Part shown: piece by piece, positions 9,406 through 19,043 of the stretch
How positions within the stretch are numbered: the first letter of the stretch is position 1
Layout: each line of letters begins with the position of its first letter
NCBI GenBank assembly: GCA_050116035.1
Contig: JASFPJ010000003.1
Span: forward strand, 1 to 41,746
Origin: Candidatus Aminicenantes bacterium
GTDB lineage: Bacteria > Acidobacteriota > Aminicenantia > Aminicenantales > Aminicenantaceae
Reading direction: 5' to 3'
Length of the DNA: 41,746 nucleotides
Made by a program: the position numbers and the translations under genes
Notes under the pieces: model-generated
What the model saw: only the letters and a program-made list of their open reading frames with translations
Databases searched by the model: none
What the model was told of the DNA's origin: nothing

Positions 9406-10161
9406 ATGGGAAATAAAGATTTCATAATCGAAACCTGTGTGAACTCTGTTATGTCAGCCATGGAGGCCGAAAAAGGCGGAGCCCACAGGGTGGAACTGTG
9501 TGATAACCTGCTGGAGGGGGGAACAACTCCCAGTGCAGCCAGTATTCAACTGGCCAGCCAATGCCTTTCCGTCGATTTGAATGTAATCATCCGTCCTCGA
9601 GGAGGGGATTTTTGCTATTCCGATGTGGAGTTTGAGATCATGAAGAGTGATATCTTGGCCGCCAAGGAACTGGGCGCGGATGGTGTGGTGATCGGTATAC
9701 TGGACGTGGATGGACGAGTCGACATGAAAAGAACCCAGGTACTGATTGATTTGGCCAAACCTTTGAGTGTCACTTTCCACAGGGCTTTTGATATGACGTC
9801 CGATCCTTTTCAAGCCCTCCATGATCTTATTGAATTAAGGATCGACCGAATACTCACATCCGGCCAGAAGAATACCGCCGTGGAAGGCATCGAGCTTATC
9901 TCTGCATTGGTCAAAGAGGCCGGAGACAGGGTGAGTATCATGCCCGGTTGCGGCGTCACTCCAGAGAACATAGAAAGATTAGCAGAAGAGACTGGGGCTA
10001 AGGAATTCCATGTCTTCGCCATGAAACGCGTTGAGAGCCCGATGAAATTCAGGAATCAAGAGACTTTTATGGGAGCGCCCTTGGAGATTTCAGAATATGA
10101 AACTTCAATCACTGATGCGGAAGTGATCCAGAATATTGTGTCCAGATTGATGGAAAAATAG
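9406..10161 (+). CDS. cutC: CutC family protein
   Basis: GAHRVELC, EGGTTPS, IRPRGGDFCYS, TFHRAFD, RILTSG; ATG 9406 preferred as start. Confidence 0.95.
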   Translation: MGNKDFIIETCVNSVMSAMEAEKGGAHRVELCDNLLEGGTTPSAASIQLASQCLSVDLNVIIRPRGGDFCYSDVEFEIMKSDILAAKELGADGVVIGILDVDGRVDMKRTQVLIDLAKPLSVTFHRAFDMTSDPFQALHDLIELRIDRILTSGQKNTAVEGIELISALVKEAGDRVSIMPGCGVTPENIERLAEETGAKEFHVFAMKRVESPMKFRNQETFMGAPLEISEYETSITDAEVIQNIVSRLMEK

Positions 10162-10170
10162 AGTCTTTTT

Positions 10171-11112
10171 TTACGATTTCAGTTTTCTCTTTTTTTTCTC
10201 CAGAGTGCGCATGACCTTTGTGAGTGAATCCAGATAAGGAGTGGGAATGCCGGATCTTTTTCCGTAATCGATAATAGGTAAAAAGACGTATTCGATAGGA
10301 TTTCCTGCTTCGAGGTCCATTGATGTCGAAGGTTTGTGGTTGCCTGCATTGGATAGATAGGACACGCCTTTTTCAAAGAAATCTTCTCCAAAATCGTATC
10401 CAACTCGCTTGGCCACCTGGATACATTCCTTGAGGATTTGTTCGCAGAGAAAACGGGTTTCTTCTCCATCCATGGCTTCTTTCATTGTCGTGCCTGTGGT
10501 GGCGCAGACAGGCATGAGAGAAGCGTTGAGAATTGTCTTCTTCCATTCATATTTCTTTATGTCACTAGAGAACTGAGTCTTCAGGCCGGCTTTGGTGATG
10601 AATTCGGCAATCTCTTTGGCAAGAGGCTCATTTTGAGGAGAGAGAACGCCGATATAATTAGGGGGATTGAAAAAAGACATTTTGAAGAATCCTGGTTTTT
10701 CGATCATCCCTGCATAGTTGATGACGAATCTGAGAATATCATCTGGACTGAGTTTTTCAGCGGCTCTGTCTTCGTTATCGATTCCATTCTGAATCAGAAG
10801 GATTTTTTGGCCTGACTTAAAGATTGGTTTGATTTCTTCCATGAGGGAGTCAAGATAATTGAACTTTACGGCAATGAAGATGAAATCCACATCAAACTGG
10901 CTGAGACTGGTTGTCGAATATCCTGTTCCCTTGACTGGGACAGTGAAGTTGTCTCCCACACCCGTGATAGTGATTCCGTTCTTCTCAATGGCTGATATCA
11001 GATCTTCTTTTATATCAATGAGAAAAACGTTTTCTTTGTTTCTGGCAAGATAGGCCGCCATTATGCTACCTATGGGACCGGCTCCGATGATGGCGATATT
11101 ATGGTTGGCCAT
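10171..11112 (-). CDS. panE: 2-dehydropantoate 2-reductase (ketopantoate reductase family)
   Basis: GAGPIG Rossmann motif, IAVK, IQNGI, WKKTILN, STSMDLEAGNPIE. Confidence 0.85.
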   Translation of the reverse strand: MANHNIAIIGAGPIGSIMAAYLARNKENVFLIDIKEDLISAIEKNGITITGVGDNFTVPVKGTGYSTTSLSQFDVDFIFIAVKFNYLDSLMEEIKPIFKSGQKILLIQNGIDNEDRAAEKLSPDDILRFVINYAGMIEKPGFFKMSFFNPPNYIGVLSPQNEPLAKEIAEFITKAGLKTQFSSDIKKYEWKKTILNASLMPVCATTGTTMKEAMDGEETRFLCEQILKECIQVAKRVGYDFGEDFFEKGVSYLSNAGNHKPSTSMDLEAGNPIEYVFLPIIDYGKRSGIPTPYLDSLTKVMRTLEKKKRKLKS

Positions 11113-11196
11113 GGACTTTCTCTTTCCGCCTTTCGCTTTGCATTTTAGTGCGGCTATTATAGCAAATTTACAGGCTGTAATTAAAGGGATTATGCC

Positions 11197-11225
11197 TTGA
11201 CATAAAAATGAGTGAGATTTAGGCT
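11197..11225 (+). promoter_or_regulatory. Putative sigma70 promoter
   Basis: TTGACA-17 nt-TAGGCT upstream of the cyclase-family gene. Confidence 0.45.
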
Positions 11226-11281
11226 AAAGCTACAGTCATATTCCCAGTTTGCTTTCAATCGATAAAAGAGGAGTGTCTAGA

Positions 11282-12088
11282 ATGAGGAGAAAGAACAATA
11301 TTTTAAAAAAATGGATAGTCAGCTTTTCGATTAGCCTTGTGATTGTCGCGTCTTTTTCTGCATGTCGGTCTGAAATGAAGCTGTTGGATATGACGTATCC
11401 TTATGATGAGAATACGATTTATTGGCCGACTGCCGAGCCTTTTAAGCTGGAAAAAATCTCCTGGAGAATGACTGAAGGAGGATGGTGGTACGCATCCAAT
11501 AATTACAGCGCCTCTGAACATGGAGGGACTCATGCGGATGCGCCCATCCATTTTGCGGAGAATGGCCGCACCATTGACCAGATTCCTCTTGAGGAATGGA
11601 TCGGACCAGCCGTTAAAGTAGATGTGACAAAAAAATGTGAAGAAAACCGAGATTATCTCCTTGAGGTAGAAGATATCCTAAATTGGGAGAAGCAGTACGG
11701 AAAAATTCCTGTTGGAGCCTGGGTCATCATGTACACCGGAATCGATACCCAGTATTATCCTGATAAGAAAAAAGTTCTCGGGACGGATAAGGAAGGGGAT
11801 GCAGCTCTCCCTGAACTGAGCTTTCCGGGTTTTTCTCCGGAATCTGTTGATTATTTAATCAAAGAGAGAGATATCACAGGGATTGCCATCGATACTCCAA
11901 GTGTGGATTATGGAAATTCAAAAGATTTCAAGGTTCATCAGATTCTATGTGGAGCGGATAAACTGGCTTTAGAGAACATTGCCAACCTGGATAAGCTGCC
12001 TAACTATGGAGTTATTCTTTATGTCATTCCTATGATGATAAAAAATGGGACCGGTGCGCCAGCTCGGGTTTTCGCCATTCTGCCTTAG
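11282..12088 (+). CDS. Cyclase family (kynurenine formamidase-like) metallohydrolase, predicted lipoprotein
   Basis: HGGTHADAPIHF, IDTPSVD, ENIANLD, GTGAPAR; lipobox FSAC; GAGGAG before ATG 11282. Confidence 0.9.
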   Translation: MRRKNNILKKWIVSFSISLVIVASFSACRSEMKLLDMTYPYDENTIYWPTAEPFKLEKISWRMTEGGWWYASNNYSASEHGGTHADAPIHFAENGRTIDQIPLEEWIGPAVKVDVTKKCEENRDYLLEVEDILNWEKQYGKIPVGAWVIMYTGIDTQYYPDKKKVLGTDKEGDAALPELSFPGFSPESVDYLIKERDITGIAIDTPSVDYGNSKDFKVHQILCGADKLALENIANLDKLPNYGVILYVIPMMIKNGTGAPARVFAILP

Positions 12089-12113
12089 TTCAGGATTCCT
12101 TAACGCGTAGTTT

Positions 12114-12142
12114 TTGACAATAACGATTTGCTGTGCTATAAG
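12114..12142 (+). promoter_or_regulatory. Putative sigma70 promoter
   Basis: TTGACA-17 nt-TATAAG with TG extension (CTGTGCTATAAG). Confidence 0.6.
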
Positions 12143-12297
12143 CTTTTTTTAGTAGAAAGAAAGAGGGCTGTGTCTAGGCGCGAAACACACCGTGGAGGCT
12201 TTTACCTGCGTCGCTTTCGTTGATAGCAAGACAATCATTGGGAGGGTGTTTGACTGAAAAAATTGTTCTTGAATATGTAAAGATGCGGATGAGACTA

Positions 12298-13857
12298 ATG
12301 AATTTATTTTCGATAAAAAAAGTTTTTCCTCTTGTTTTAGTCTTAGTTTTTACATGGAGTGCTGGCTGTCAATCGTCATCAGAAAAAATAGTTCTGATAC
12401 ACACGAACGATACTCATGGTATTTTTAAGCCTTACGAATATAATATCAACGGCGAAGAGAGACTCGTGGGGGGGATGGAGGCAACCAGTCATTATCTTAA
12501 CAAGATCAAAACCGAAGAGAAAAATGTTCTCGTCATCGAAAAGGGAGACCTGTTGACAGGAACTCTCGCCGCAGAATTGGAGTATAAAGGTGTCGGCGGC
12601 GGAATGATGATGGAGTTCTTGAACAGGCTGGATTATGATATATGGTGCTTTGGGAATCATGATTTTGATAAGGGGCAGGAGAATGCTCTAGACCTTTCCG
12701 AGCTGGCCAATTTTCCGACAGTCATGGCTAATATTGTTTACAAAGAAAGCGGCGAGCTCTTTCCAGTCAAACCCTATCATATCTTCAAAATAGGGGGAAT
12801 AAGGGTAGGTATCATAGCTGTTATGGAGGAGAGATTTTTAATAGAAGTGGAAAAAGAAAAGGTGAAAGATTTGGATGTGCTGCCAATCGTTCCGACTCTC
12901 AACTCTTATGTCCCTGAATTAGACGAACGAACTGATTTGATAGTTATTTTATCTCACGGCTGGTTTGATGAAGGATTGAGAATAGCCAGAAATGTCCCAG
13001 GAATCGACATCGTTTTGGCCGCCGCGGAAGATGGAAAATTTAAAGATATCAATGGAGTCTTGGTCCAGTCGATCAGGGGGCATCAAAAAACACTTGGGTA
13101 TATCAAAGTGGAGGTAAAAAACGACAGAATCGTGAGCTATGAACAGCAATTAATCTGGATGTGGGCAGATGTGGACTTGAAGCCATCCGCCAAAGTCTCG
13201 GCTTTAGTTAGAGAAGTCGATGCCGCTATCGGGGAAGAATACACAAAAGTGATAGGAGAAGCCAAAGTCGATTTGAGCTTTAGCTATTATCCCAAAGAAA
13301 TCCTACAACCAGAAAGTTCCTTGGGAAATTGGATCACTGATGTGATGAGATGGAGGACCGGATCTCAAATCGCACTGCACAACAGCGGTGCAATCCGAGC
13401 GGATATAAAGGCTGGGTATATCACTAAGGGCGATATCTTTGATGTGGCTCCTTTTCGGAATATTCTTGTCGTGTTCAAACTCACGGCTCAACAGATTAAA
13501 GATGTGCTTGAGCATGATGTGGAGCGGGGATGGGACAGACTTCAGGTTTCAGGAATAAAGTATAAATATTATCCGAAAGATGTCCGGCCTTTTGGAGAGA
13601 GAATTGTCTACATGGAAATCGGCGGAGAAGTCATAGAGAAAGACGGTAAAATGCTTAAGGCGGATAAAGTCTACACCGTTGTCAGTAATGATTATCTGGT
13701 CGGACACGCGAAGGATAAATACTTTGGATTCACTGTGAATAACTCCCACAATACAGGACAGCCTTTGGATAAAGCCATGATGGAATGGCTCGAAAAACAC
13801 AAGTTTCTCGATTACAAAATCGAAGGAAGAATCGTCGAGATCAACTCATCCCATTAA
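12298..13857 (+). CDS. Metallophosphatase / 5'-nucleotidase family lipoprotein
   Basis: HTNDTHG, KGD, GNHDFD, LSHG; 5'-nucleotidase C domain (ESSLGNWITD, NSGAIRA, LQVSG); lipobox SAGC. Start uncertain (TTG 12250 also has an RBS). Confidence 0.85.
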   Translation: MNLFSIKKVFPLVLVLVFTWSAGCQSSSEKIVLIHTNDTHGIFKPYEYNINGEERLVGGMEATSHYLNKIKTEEKNVLVIEKGDLLTGTLAAELEYKGVGGGMMMEFLNRLDYDIWCFGNHDFDKGQENALDLSELANFPTVMANIVYKESGELFPVKPYHIFKIGGIRVGIIAVMEERFLIEVEKEKVKDLDVLPIVPTLNSYVPELDERTDLIVILSHGWFDEGLRIARNVPGIDIVLAAAEDGKFKDINGVLVQSIRGHQKTLGYIKVEVKNDRIVSYEQQLIWMWADVDLKPSAKVSALVREVDAAIGEEYTKVIGEAKVDLSFSYYPKEILQPESSLGNWITDVMRWRTGSQIALHNSGAIRADIKAGYITKGDIFDVAPFRNILVVFKLTAQQIKDVLEHDVERGWDRLQVSGIKYKYYPKDVRPFGERIVYMEIGGEVIEKDGKMLKADKVYTVVSNDYLVGHAKDKYFGFTVNNSHNTGQPLDKAMMEWLEKHKFLDYKIEGRIVEINSSH

Positions 13858-14149
13858 AGCGTTTGTGATTCCATCCTTTTTTCACCATCCTTGATTTTCT
13901 CTGGTTAATGAAACACGGAATTAAAAATTATTCATCGGCACTTAATCAAAAGACATGTGATCAAATTTTTTTTTGATTTTTTGCTTTCCCCTGACAGTAA
14001 ATGGCAGAGCTGTATCTTTGGACTCACAAACCCGTATAATAATCCATACAGCGCTCAGTTGTGCGGTGTCATAATTATTTTGAATAAATTTGAAAAGGAG
14101 GAAGTATAAAAAAATGGAGAATGTTAAAAACTTAATACTGGAGGATAGA

Positions 14150-16456
14150 GTGTGTAAAAAAATCATCCTGATTCTTGTTATTTTCTTTCTCCTCTTCACC
14201 TTCCTTCTCTGTCAAGAGCCAGATGATTCACCTCTAACAAACAGTGCGAAAAAATTGCACCTGTATTTCATGGGAGAGGAAGCCGGCTACGAAGAATATA
14301 AATGGACCGAGTATGAGGATAAATATATCCTTCAAGCGAAGGGCGAGATTACCAAACCGGTTTCTGTCATTACTGAGCTGATGATGATCGAAGTGGACAA
14401 AGAATTCAGGCCTCTACGGTTTGTTTTTAAGGGAAATGTGCGAGGCGTGGTTCAAGAAATTGAGAGCACAGTGAGCCAGGGGATGGTGAAGAACACAGGT
14501 CGAGCCGGGGAACAGACGATGGAGTCGACATCCAAGATTTCTTCCGATGCTCTCATTCTGCCGAATAGTTTTTTTTCTCCATACCTGATTTTAGCGAAGA
14601 AAGCCAAGGGATTAAAAGAAAAAATGACCTTTAAGGCCTTTGTTGTGCCTCAAATGGAATTGAATATTCACGTCGAACCGGACAGCGAAAACACTAATCT
14701 TTTCCACATCAACTTTGTTGGAGTCAAGATGGAGTTGATGACTGATGAAGAAGGATATGTCAGGTCGCTTTCCATCCCCTCGCAGATGATGGAGGCGCGT
14801 GCGGAAAAGATCATTAAGGAAGAACCAGTCGAGAAAGAAGAAGGGATAAAGCAAGAATGGTATATTCAAGGCAGAAAATCGGGAAAAGGCTTTTATAATA
14901 TAATTCAGGACGGAGAAGATCTATTGATTCAGGGGGGAACTCAGCAAACGCTGGGTCAGACAAGCCTCCAGTTCCAATTCGAGGAAAAGTTATCACAGGG
15001 CTGGGATTTAAAAGAAGCGGTTTTGAGTGGGAAAGTCAACAACGAGGACGTCGAATTGAAGGCCAAAGTCGTGGGCCAAATGATTGATGTTTATCTCAGA
15101 GAAGGAGAAAAGACAGTAAAGAAACAGTTTCCTTTCAGCCCTGATATTGTTTTTGCCACTGAAAATCCGTTCGTGGATAATCTCCTTTTGATCAAGAAAG
15201 GACACGATCAGCCAAGAAAAAAGATTTATACTCTTTCGATGGCCTGGGGAGCGTATTACTTTGAGCAGCCGTTTTTAGTGCCAGCAACACTGTATAATGA
15301 CGGAGAAGAGATTCTCGAGTGGGAGGGAAAAGAATTAAAAACCGAGAAATACTTTGTGAATTATTCGGGCACGAATGGCGGGTATATCTGGGCGGATAAA
15401 GATAAAATAATGAAAATTTCCTTTCCGTTTAATGCCACGGATATCTATCACCAGGATTTTGTCAACCTGAAAACTAAAAGGATTGCTTCACCCACTATCA
15501 CTTCAGACAAGTACATCTCAGAAGATGTGACTTATCCTTCTGGAGATATAAAAATGGCGGGGACTCTGACGATTCCTGACGACGACCAGGACAAGCATCC
15601 CGCCGCCGTCCTGATTTCTGGCTCGGGTCCCCAGGACAGGAATGAAGACACGGTCGGACCCGGCGGGCTCAAACTGGGAATTTTCAAGCAGATCGCGCAT
15701 GTTTTGAGCGAAAATGGAGTGGCGGTTCTGAGGTATGACGACCGGGGAACTGGAGAAAGCCAGGGAAGCTTTGCTGATGCCGCTCAAGAAGACCTTATCC
15801 AGGATGCCAACGCAGCGGTTTCCTATTTAAGGACGCGGGATGATATTTTGTCCGACAGGATTGCTCTTGTCGGTCATTCCGAGGGTGCGATCATCGCTCC
15901 CCGGATTGCGGCAGAAGACCCGACAATAAGAGCGATAGTGCTTCTGGCTGGAACAGCCAAGACTGGGGATAAAGTCCTCAGAGAGCAGTTTAATTTTGTC
16001 CTGGACTCCATGGAGTTCCCTGAAGAAAAGAGGGAAAACGCTCTGGCACGGTATGAAAATATGCTGAAAATCATCAAGGAGGAACCCGTTGACAGGGAGG
16101 CTGAGGAGAAGCTTAAGCCTCAAATCGAACCGCAGTTGAAATGGCTGCAGTCTTTTGTCAACCATGATCCTCTTTCTGTTCTCGATAGGATAGATGCAGC
16201 CGTTTTAATCATCAACGGAGGCAAGGACAAACAGGTGTTTCCTGAACATGCCAAAATGCTCCACAAAAGATTGAAGAAACTTAAAAAGACGGCCACACTC
16301 AAGATATTTCCGGATTTGAATCACTTGCTCATTCCTGCAGAAACAGGCGCTTACGCCGAATACGCCAGGATTTCCATGGAAGAGCAAAGAGTCAGCCAGA
16401 AATTACTGGATTATCTTTCTGATTGGCTCTACGGTGTGTTGTTCTCAGATAAGTAG
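14150..16456 (+). CDS. Secreted alpha/beta-hydrolase with large N-terminal beta-rich region
   Basis: GTG 14150 after GGAGGA; signal peptide; ISGSGPQDR, RYDDRG, GHSEG, GGKDKQV, LNHLL (Ser-Asp-His triad). Confidence 0.85.
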   Translation: MCKKIILILVIFFLLFTFLLCQEPDDSPLTNSAKKLHLYFMGEEAGYEEYKWTEYEDKYILQAKGEITKPVSVITELMMIEVDKEFRPLRFVFKGNVRGVVQEIESTVSQGMVKNTGRAGEQTMESTSKISSDALILPNSFFSPYLILAKKAKGLKEKMTFKAFVVPQMELNIHVEPDSENTNLFHINFVGVKMELMTDEEGYVRSLSIPSQMMEARAEKIIKEEPVEKEEGIKQEWYIQGRKSGKGFYNIIQDGEDLLIQGGTQQTLGQTSLQFQFEEKLSQGWDLKEAVLSGKVNNEDVELKAKVVGQMIDVYLREGEKTVKKQFPFSPDIVFATENPFVDNLLLIKKGHDQPRKKIYTLSMAWGAYYFEQPFLVPATLYNDGEEILEWEGKELKTEKYFVNYSGTNGGYIWADKDKIMKISFPFNATDIYHQDFVNLKTKRIASPTITSDKYISEDVTYPSGDIKMAGTLTIPDDDQDKHPAAVLISGSGPQDRNEDTVGPGGLKLGIFKQIAHVLSENGVAVLRYDDRGTGESQGSFADAAQEDLIQDANAAVSYLRTRDDILSDRIALVGHSEGAIIAPRIAAEDPTIRAIVLLAGTAKTGDKVLREQFNFVLDSMEFPEEKRENALARYENMLKIIKEEPVDREAEEKLKPQIEPQLKWLQSFVNHDPLSVLDRIDAAVLIINGGKDKQVFPEHAKMLHKRLKKLKKTATLKIFPDLNHLLIPAETGAYAEYARISMEEQRVSQKLLDYLSDWLYGVLFSDK

Positions 16457-16639
16457 AGAAGTGTTATAGATTAGAGTAAAATAATATATCCGTTTGTTGA
16501 AATCTTGCAGTTATGTAACAAATTCAACTGATTCGAGTATTATTTAAATGAAGGGGGTTGAAAGGCAGTTGAATGGATATTTATTGAGAGAAACCAATAG
16601 ATTGAAATTTTTCTAGAGGTAAAGAAGAGGAGACTAAAA

Positions 16640-17761
16640 ATGAAAAAACCATTTTCAGTATTTCTGGCATTCCTGCTGGTTTTCTTTCTATGCATCCAGG
16701 TCAAAGCTGATCAAATAAAAACTAAAACTGTCAAAGGAGTCCAAGTCATAGAAAATCCAAAAAAACCGGCTCCCCCTGAAGGTGTGATGAGCAAGATGAT
16801 CCTTAAGGAGGAATTCTCTATCGGAGAAGGCGAATTCGATGAGGATATGTTTGCGGAGTTGACTTCCATGGATGTGGATAGCGGTGGGAACATATATATT
16901 CTGGACCGAAAGGATAAAAAGGTAAAGATTTTTGACAGTTCTGGAAAATTTGTGACGAAATTCGGGAAAGATGGCCAGGGACCAGGAGAAATGTACGTGC
17001 CCGTATCTCTTCAGGTCACTCACAACGATGAAATAGTCATCGGGGATGCGGCCAACCAGAGATTAATGTTTTTTTCTCTTGAAGGAGAGTTCCAGAGAGA
17101 GATGTCTACAGCCTTAAAAGCTCAAGGTCTGGTTCTTCCTCTGTTTGATTCGCAAGGAGATCTAATAGGTCAGCAGGTTGTGGTATCCGAGAGCCAGATT
17201 CTGCGGGAAGTCAGAAAATATGACAGCGAATTGAATTCACTCTTCACCATCACCTCAATCGATATCACAAGTCTTGTCCAGGGAAAGATCAATCCCTTCG
17301 AACTCGTCTTTTTTTATCAGTTAGGGAAAGACAACGACATTTATTGCAGCAATCCGAATGAGTATGAGATTAAGGTTTTAAACGCAGATGGAAAACTGGT
17401 GAAAAGGATTTTGAAAGACTATGACTCTGTTAAAGTGACTGAAAAAGATAAAGAAGAATTTTTTGAAAGAGTCCCGGAAATCGCTGGTCCACTCAAGGAT
17501 AGGATAGAGTTCCCGAATGTTTATCCGGCGTACCAGAATTTCACTCTTGACGCGGAGAGGAGATTATTCGTCAGAACCTTCGAGAAAGGGAAAGAAGAAG
17601 GAGAGTTTTTCTTCGATGTGTTCGATGTAGAGGGAAGATACATTGCCAAGATCCCATTCAAGGGAGACCCGAGAGTCTGGAAAGAGAAGAAGCTGTATGC
17701 GATTGAGGAGGATGAAGATGGATTTCAAATCCTGAAGGTTTACAGCGTTCAGTGGGAATGA
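16640..17761 (+). CDS. Secreted six-bladed (NHL-like) beta-propeller protein
   Basis: Signal peptide; DVDSGGNIYILD..KVKIFD.GKF...FGKDGQGPGE; C-terminal FDVFDVEGRY. Confidence 0.85.
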   Translation: MKKPFSVFLAFLLVFFLCIQVKADQIKTKTVKGVQVIENPKKPAPPEGVMSKMILKEEFSIGEGEFDEDMFAELTSMDVDSGGNIYILDRKDKKVKIFDSSGKFVTKFGKDGQGPGEMYVPVSLQVTHNDEIVIGDAANQRLMFFSLEGEFQREMSTALKAQGLVLPLFDSQGDLIGQQVVVSESQILREVRKYDSELNSLFTITSIDITSLVQGKINPFELVFFYQLGKDNDIYCSNPNEYEIKVLNADGKLVKRILKDYDSVKVTEKDKEEFFERVPEIAGPLKDRIEFPNVYPAYQNFTLDAERRLFVRTFEKGKEEGEFFFDVFDVEGRYIAKIPFKGDPRVWKEKKLYAIEEDEDGFQILKVYSVQWE

Positions 17762-18276
17762 TTTTTATACTGACCGGTTCTGTTCATTCCGGAAAAACAT
17801 CTCTCCTGGAAAGAGTCGTCCAGGAATTCAAACGGAAAAAGCTCGTTGTCGATGGCTTCCTGAGTGAGGCGGTCTTCAAAGGACAGGAGCGTGTTGGATA
17901 CGATTTATTCGACCTGAGGGGAGGAAAATCCATTCCCCTCATCCGAAAGGAAGGAAAAAAGGCTTGGCAGAGAGTCGGCTCTTATTTTTTCATCCCTTCA
18001 GGTCTTGAGGAAGCACAGAGAATTATCTCACGCAGCCAAAATTCTGATATCTGTGTTGTGGATGAGGTCGGTCCTCTGGAATTATCCGGGAAAGGCTTCT
18101 GGCCAGCTCTGAAGCCCATTCTCTTTCCCCCTTTGACTCCCTTCCTTATTACCGTGAGAAAAGGCATCTTGGAAAATTTTTTAAGTATCTTGGAAGGGAC
18201 TGATACTATAGTGTTTGATATTAAAGAGAAGGATGTTGATTCTCGGTTAATAGAGGAAATCGCAAAAACCCTTTGA
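17758..18276 (+). CDS. THEP1/NTPase_1-like P-loop nucleoside triphosphatase
   Basis: Walker A GSVHSGKT, RVGYDL, Walker B VVDEVGPLEL; ATGA overlap with the upstream stop. Confidence 0.85.
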   Translation: MIFILTGSVHSGKTSLLERVVQEFKRKKLVVDGFLSEAVFKGQERVGYDLFDLRGGKSIPLIRKEGKKAWQRVGSYFFIPSGLEEAQRIISRSQNSDICVVDEVGPLELSGKGFWPALKPILFPPLTPFLITVRKGILENFLSILEGTDTIVFDIKEKDVDSRLIEEIAKTL

Positions 18277-18419
18277 TTCAAGTCAATTTTTTACTTTGAG
18301 TGTCTAATTGCTTTTGATCATGAACCGGATGAATCCAGGGAAGCGGGAGAATTATTCCAAGGTGACTTTTTCACAGTAAATTTCTTATTTCAGCTGTTTT
18401 TTCTTGGCTTTACAATCTA

Positions 18420-18857
18420 TTACCAGTCTCGTTTTCCTTTGAGAAAACCATTCATTCCATGCCTTTTGATTCTTCTCAGGTTTTTTAGGTGCGCATCGCC
18501 GTGGACAGGCTTTAACCAGTCCGACTTTTCGCATGTTTCGAATTCTTCACATTCCCAGCAGCCTTGAATGCCTTTTTCCAAGCAGCATTTTCTCATTTCG
18601 CAAGCTGGAGCCCTGACTCTTTCTCGGCAGACCTTTTTGCAGCGCATTTCCGTTAAAAGACCTAAAACCTCATCAAATTGTTTGTAGTTTTTGTATCCTT
18701 TGTGGACTTTAGCCAGGAAGGGTGCGGCACGATCGACTCTGGAATCTCTCAGTTTTTTCCTTAAATCTCTGGCTAAATCAGGGATTTCACCTTTGTACCC
18801 TGGGCAATCGCCACAGTATAATCCACAATACCCGATGAGAACTTTGTTTGTTTTCAT
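18420..18857 (-). CDS. Cys-rich DUF3795-like protein
   Basis: CGLYCGDC ... CKKVCR ... CEMRKCC ... CWECEEFETC. Confidence 0.8.
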   Translation of the reverse strand: MKTNKVLIGYCGLYCGDCPGYKGEIPDLARDLRKKLRDSRVDRAAPFLAKVHKGYKNYKQFDEVLGLLTEMRCKKVCRERVRAPACEMRKCCLEKGIQGCWECEEFETCEKSDWLKPVHGDAHLKNLRRIKRHGMNGFLKGKRDW

Positions 18858-19043
18858 GGCGCTATTCCTTTTTGCATCTATTATATATATTTATTCAGAA
18901 CGGTGAAAATCCCTTTTATTCCCTCTTTATAATGATTCCAAGATTGCTAAAGTCTCTATTGAGCCATTCCTGGCCAAATCTGCCTTCAAGGACTGGGGCT
19001 TGTTCTTGAAAAAATGATCTGAACCATCTAATATGCAGATGAA

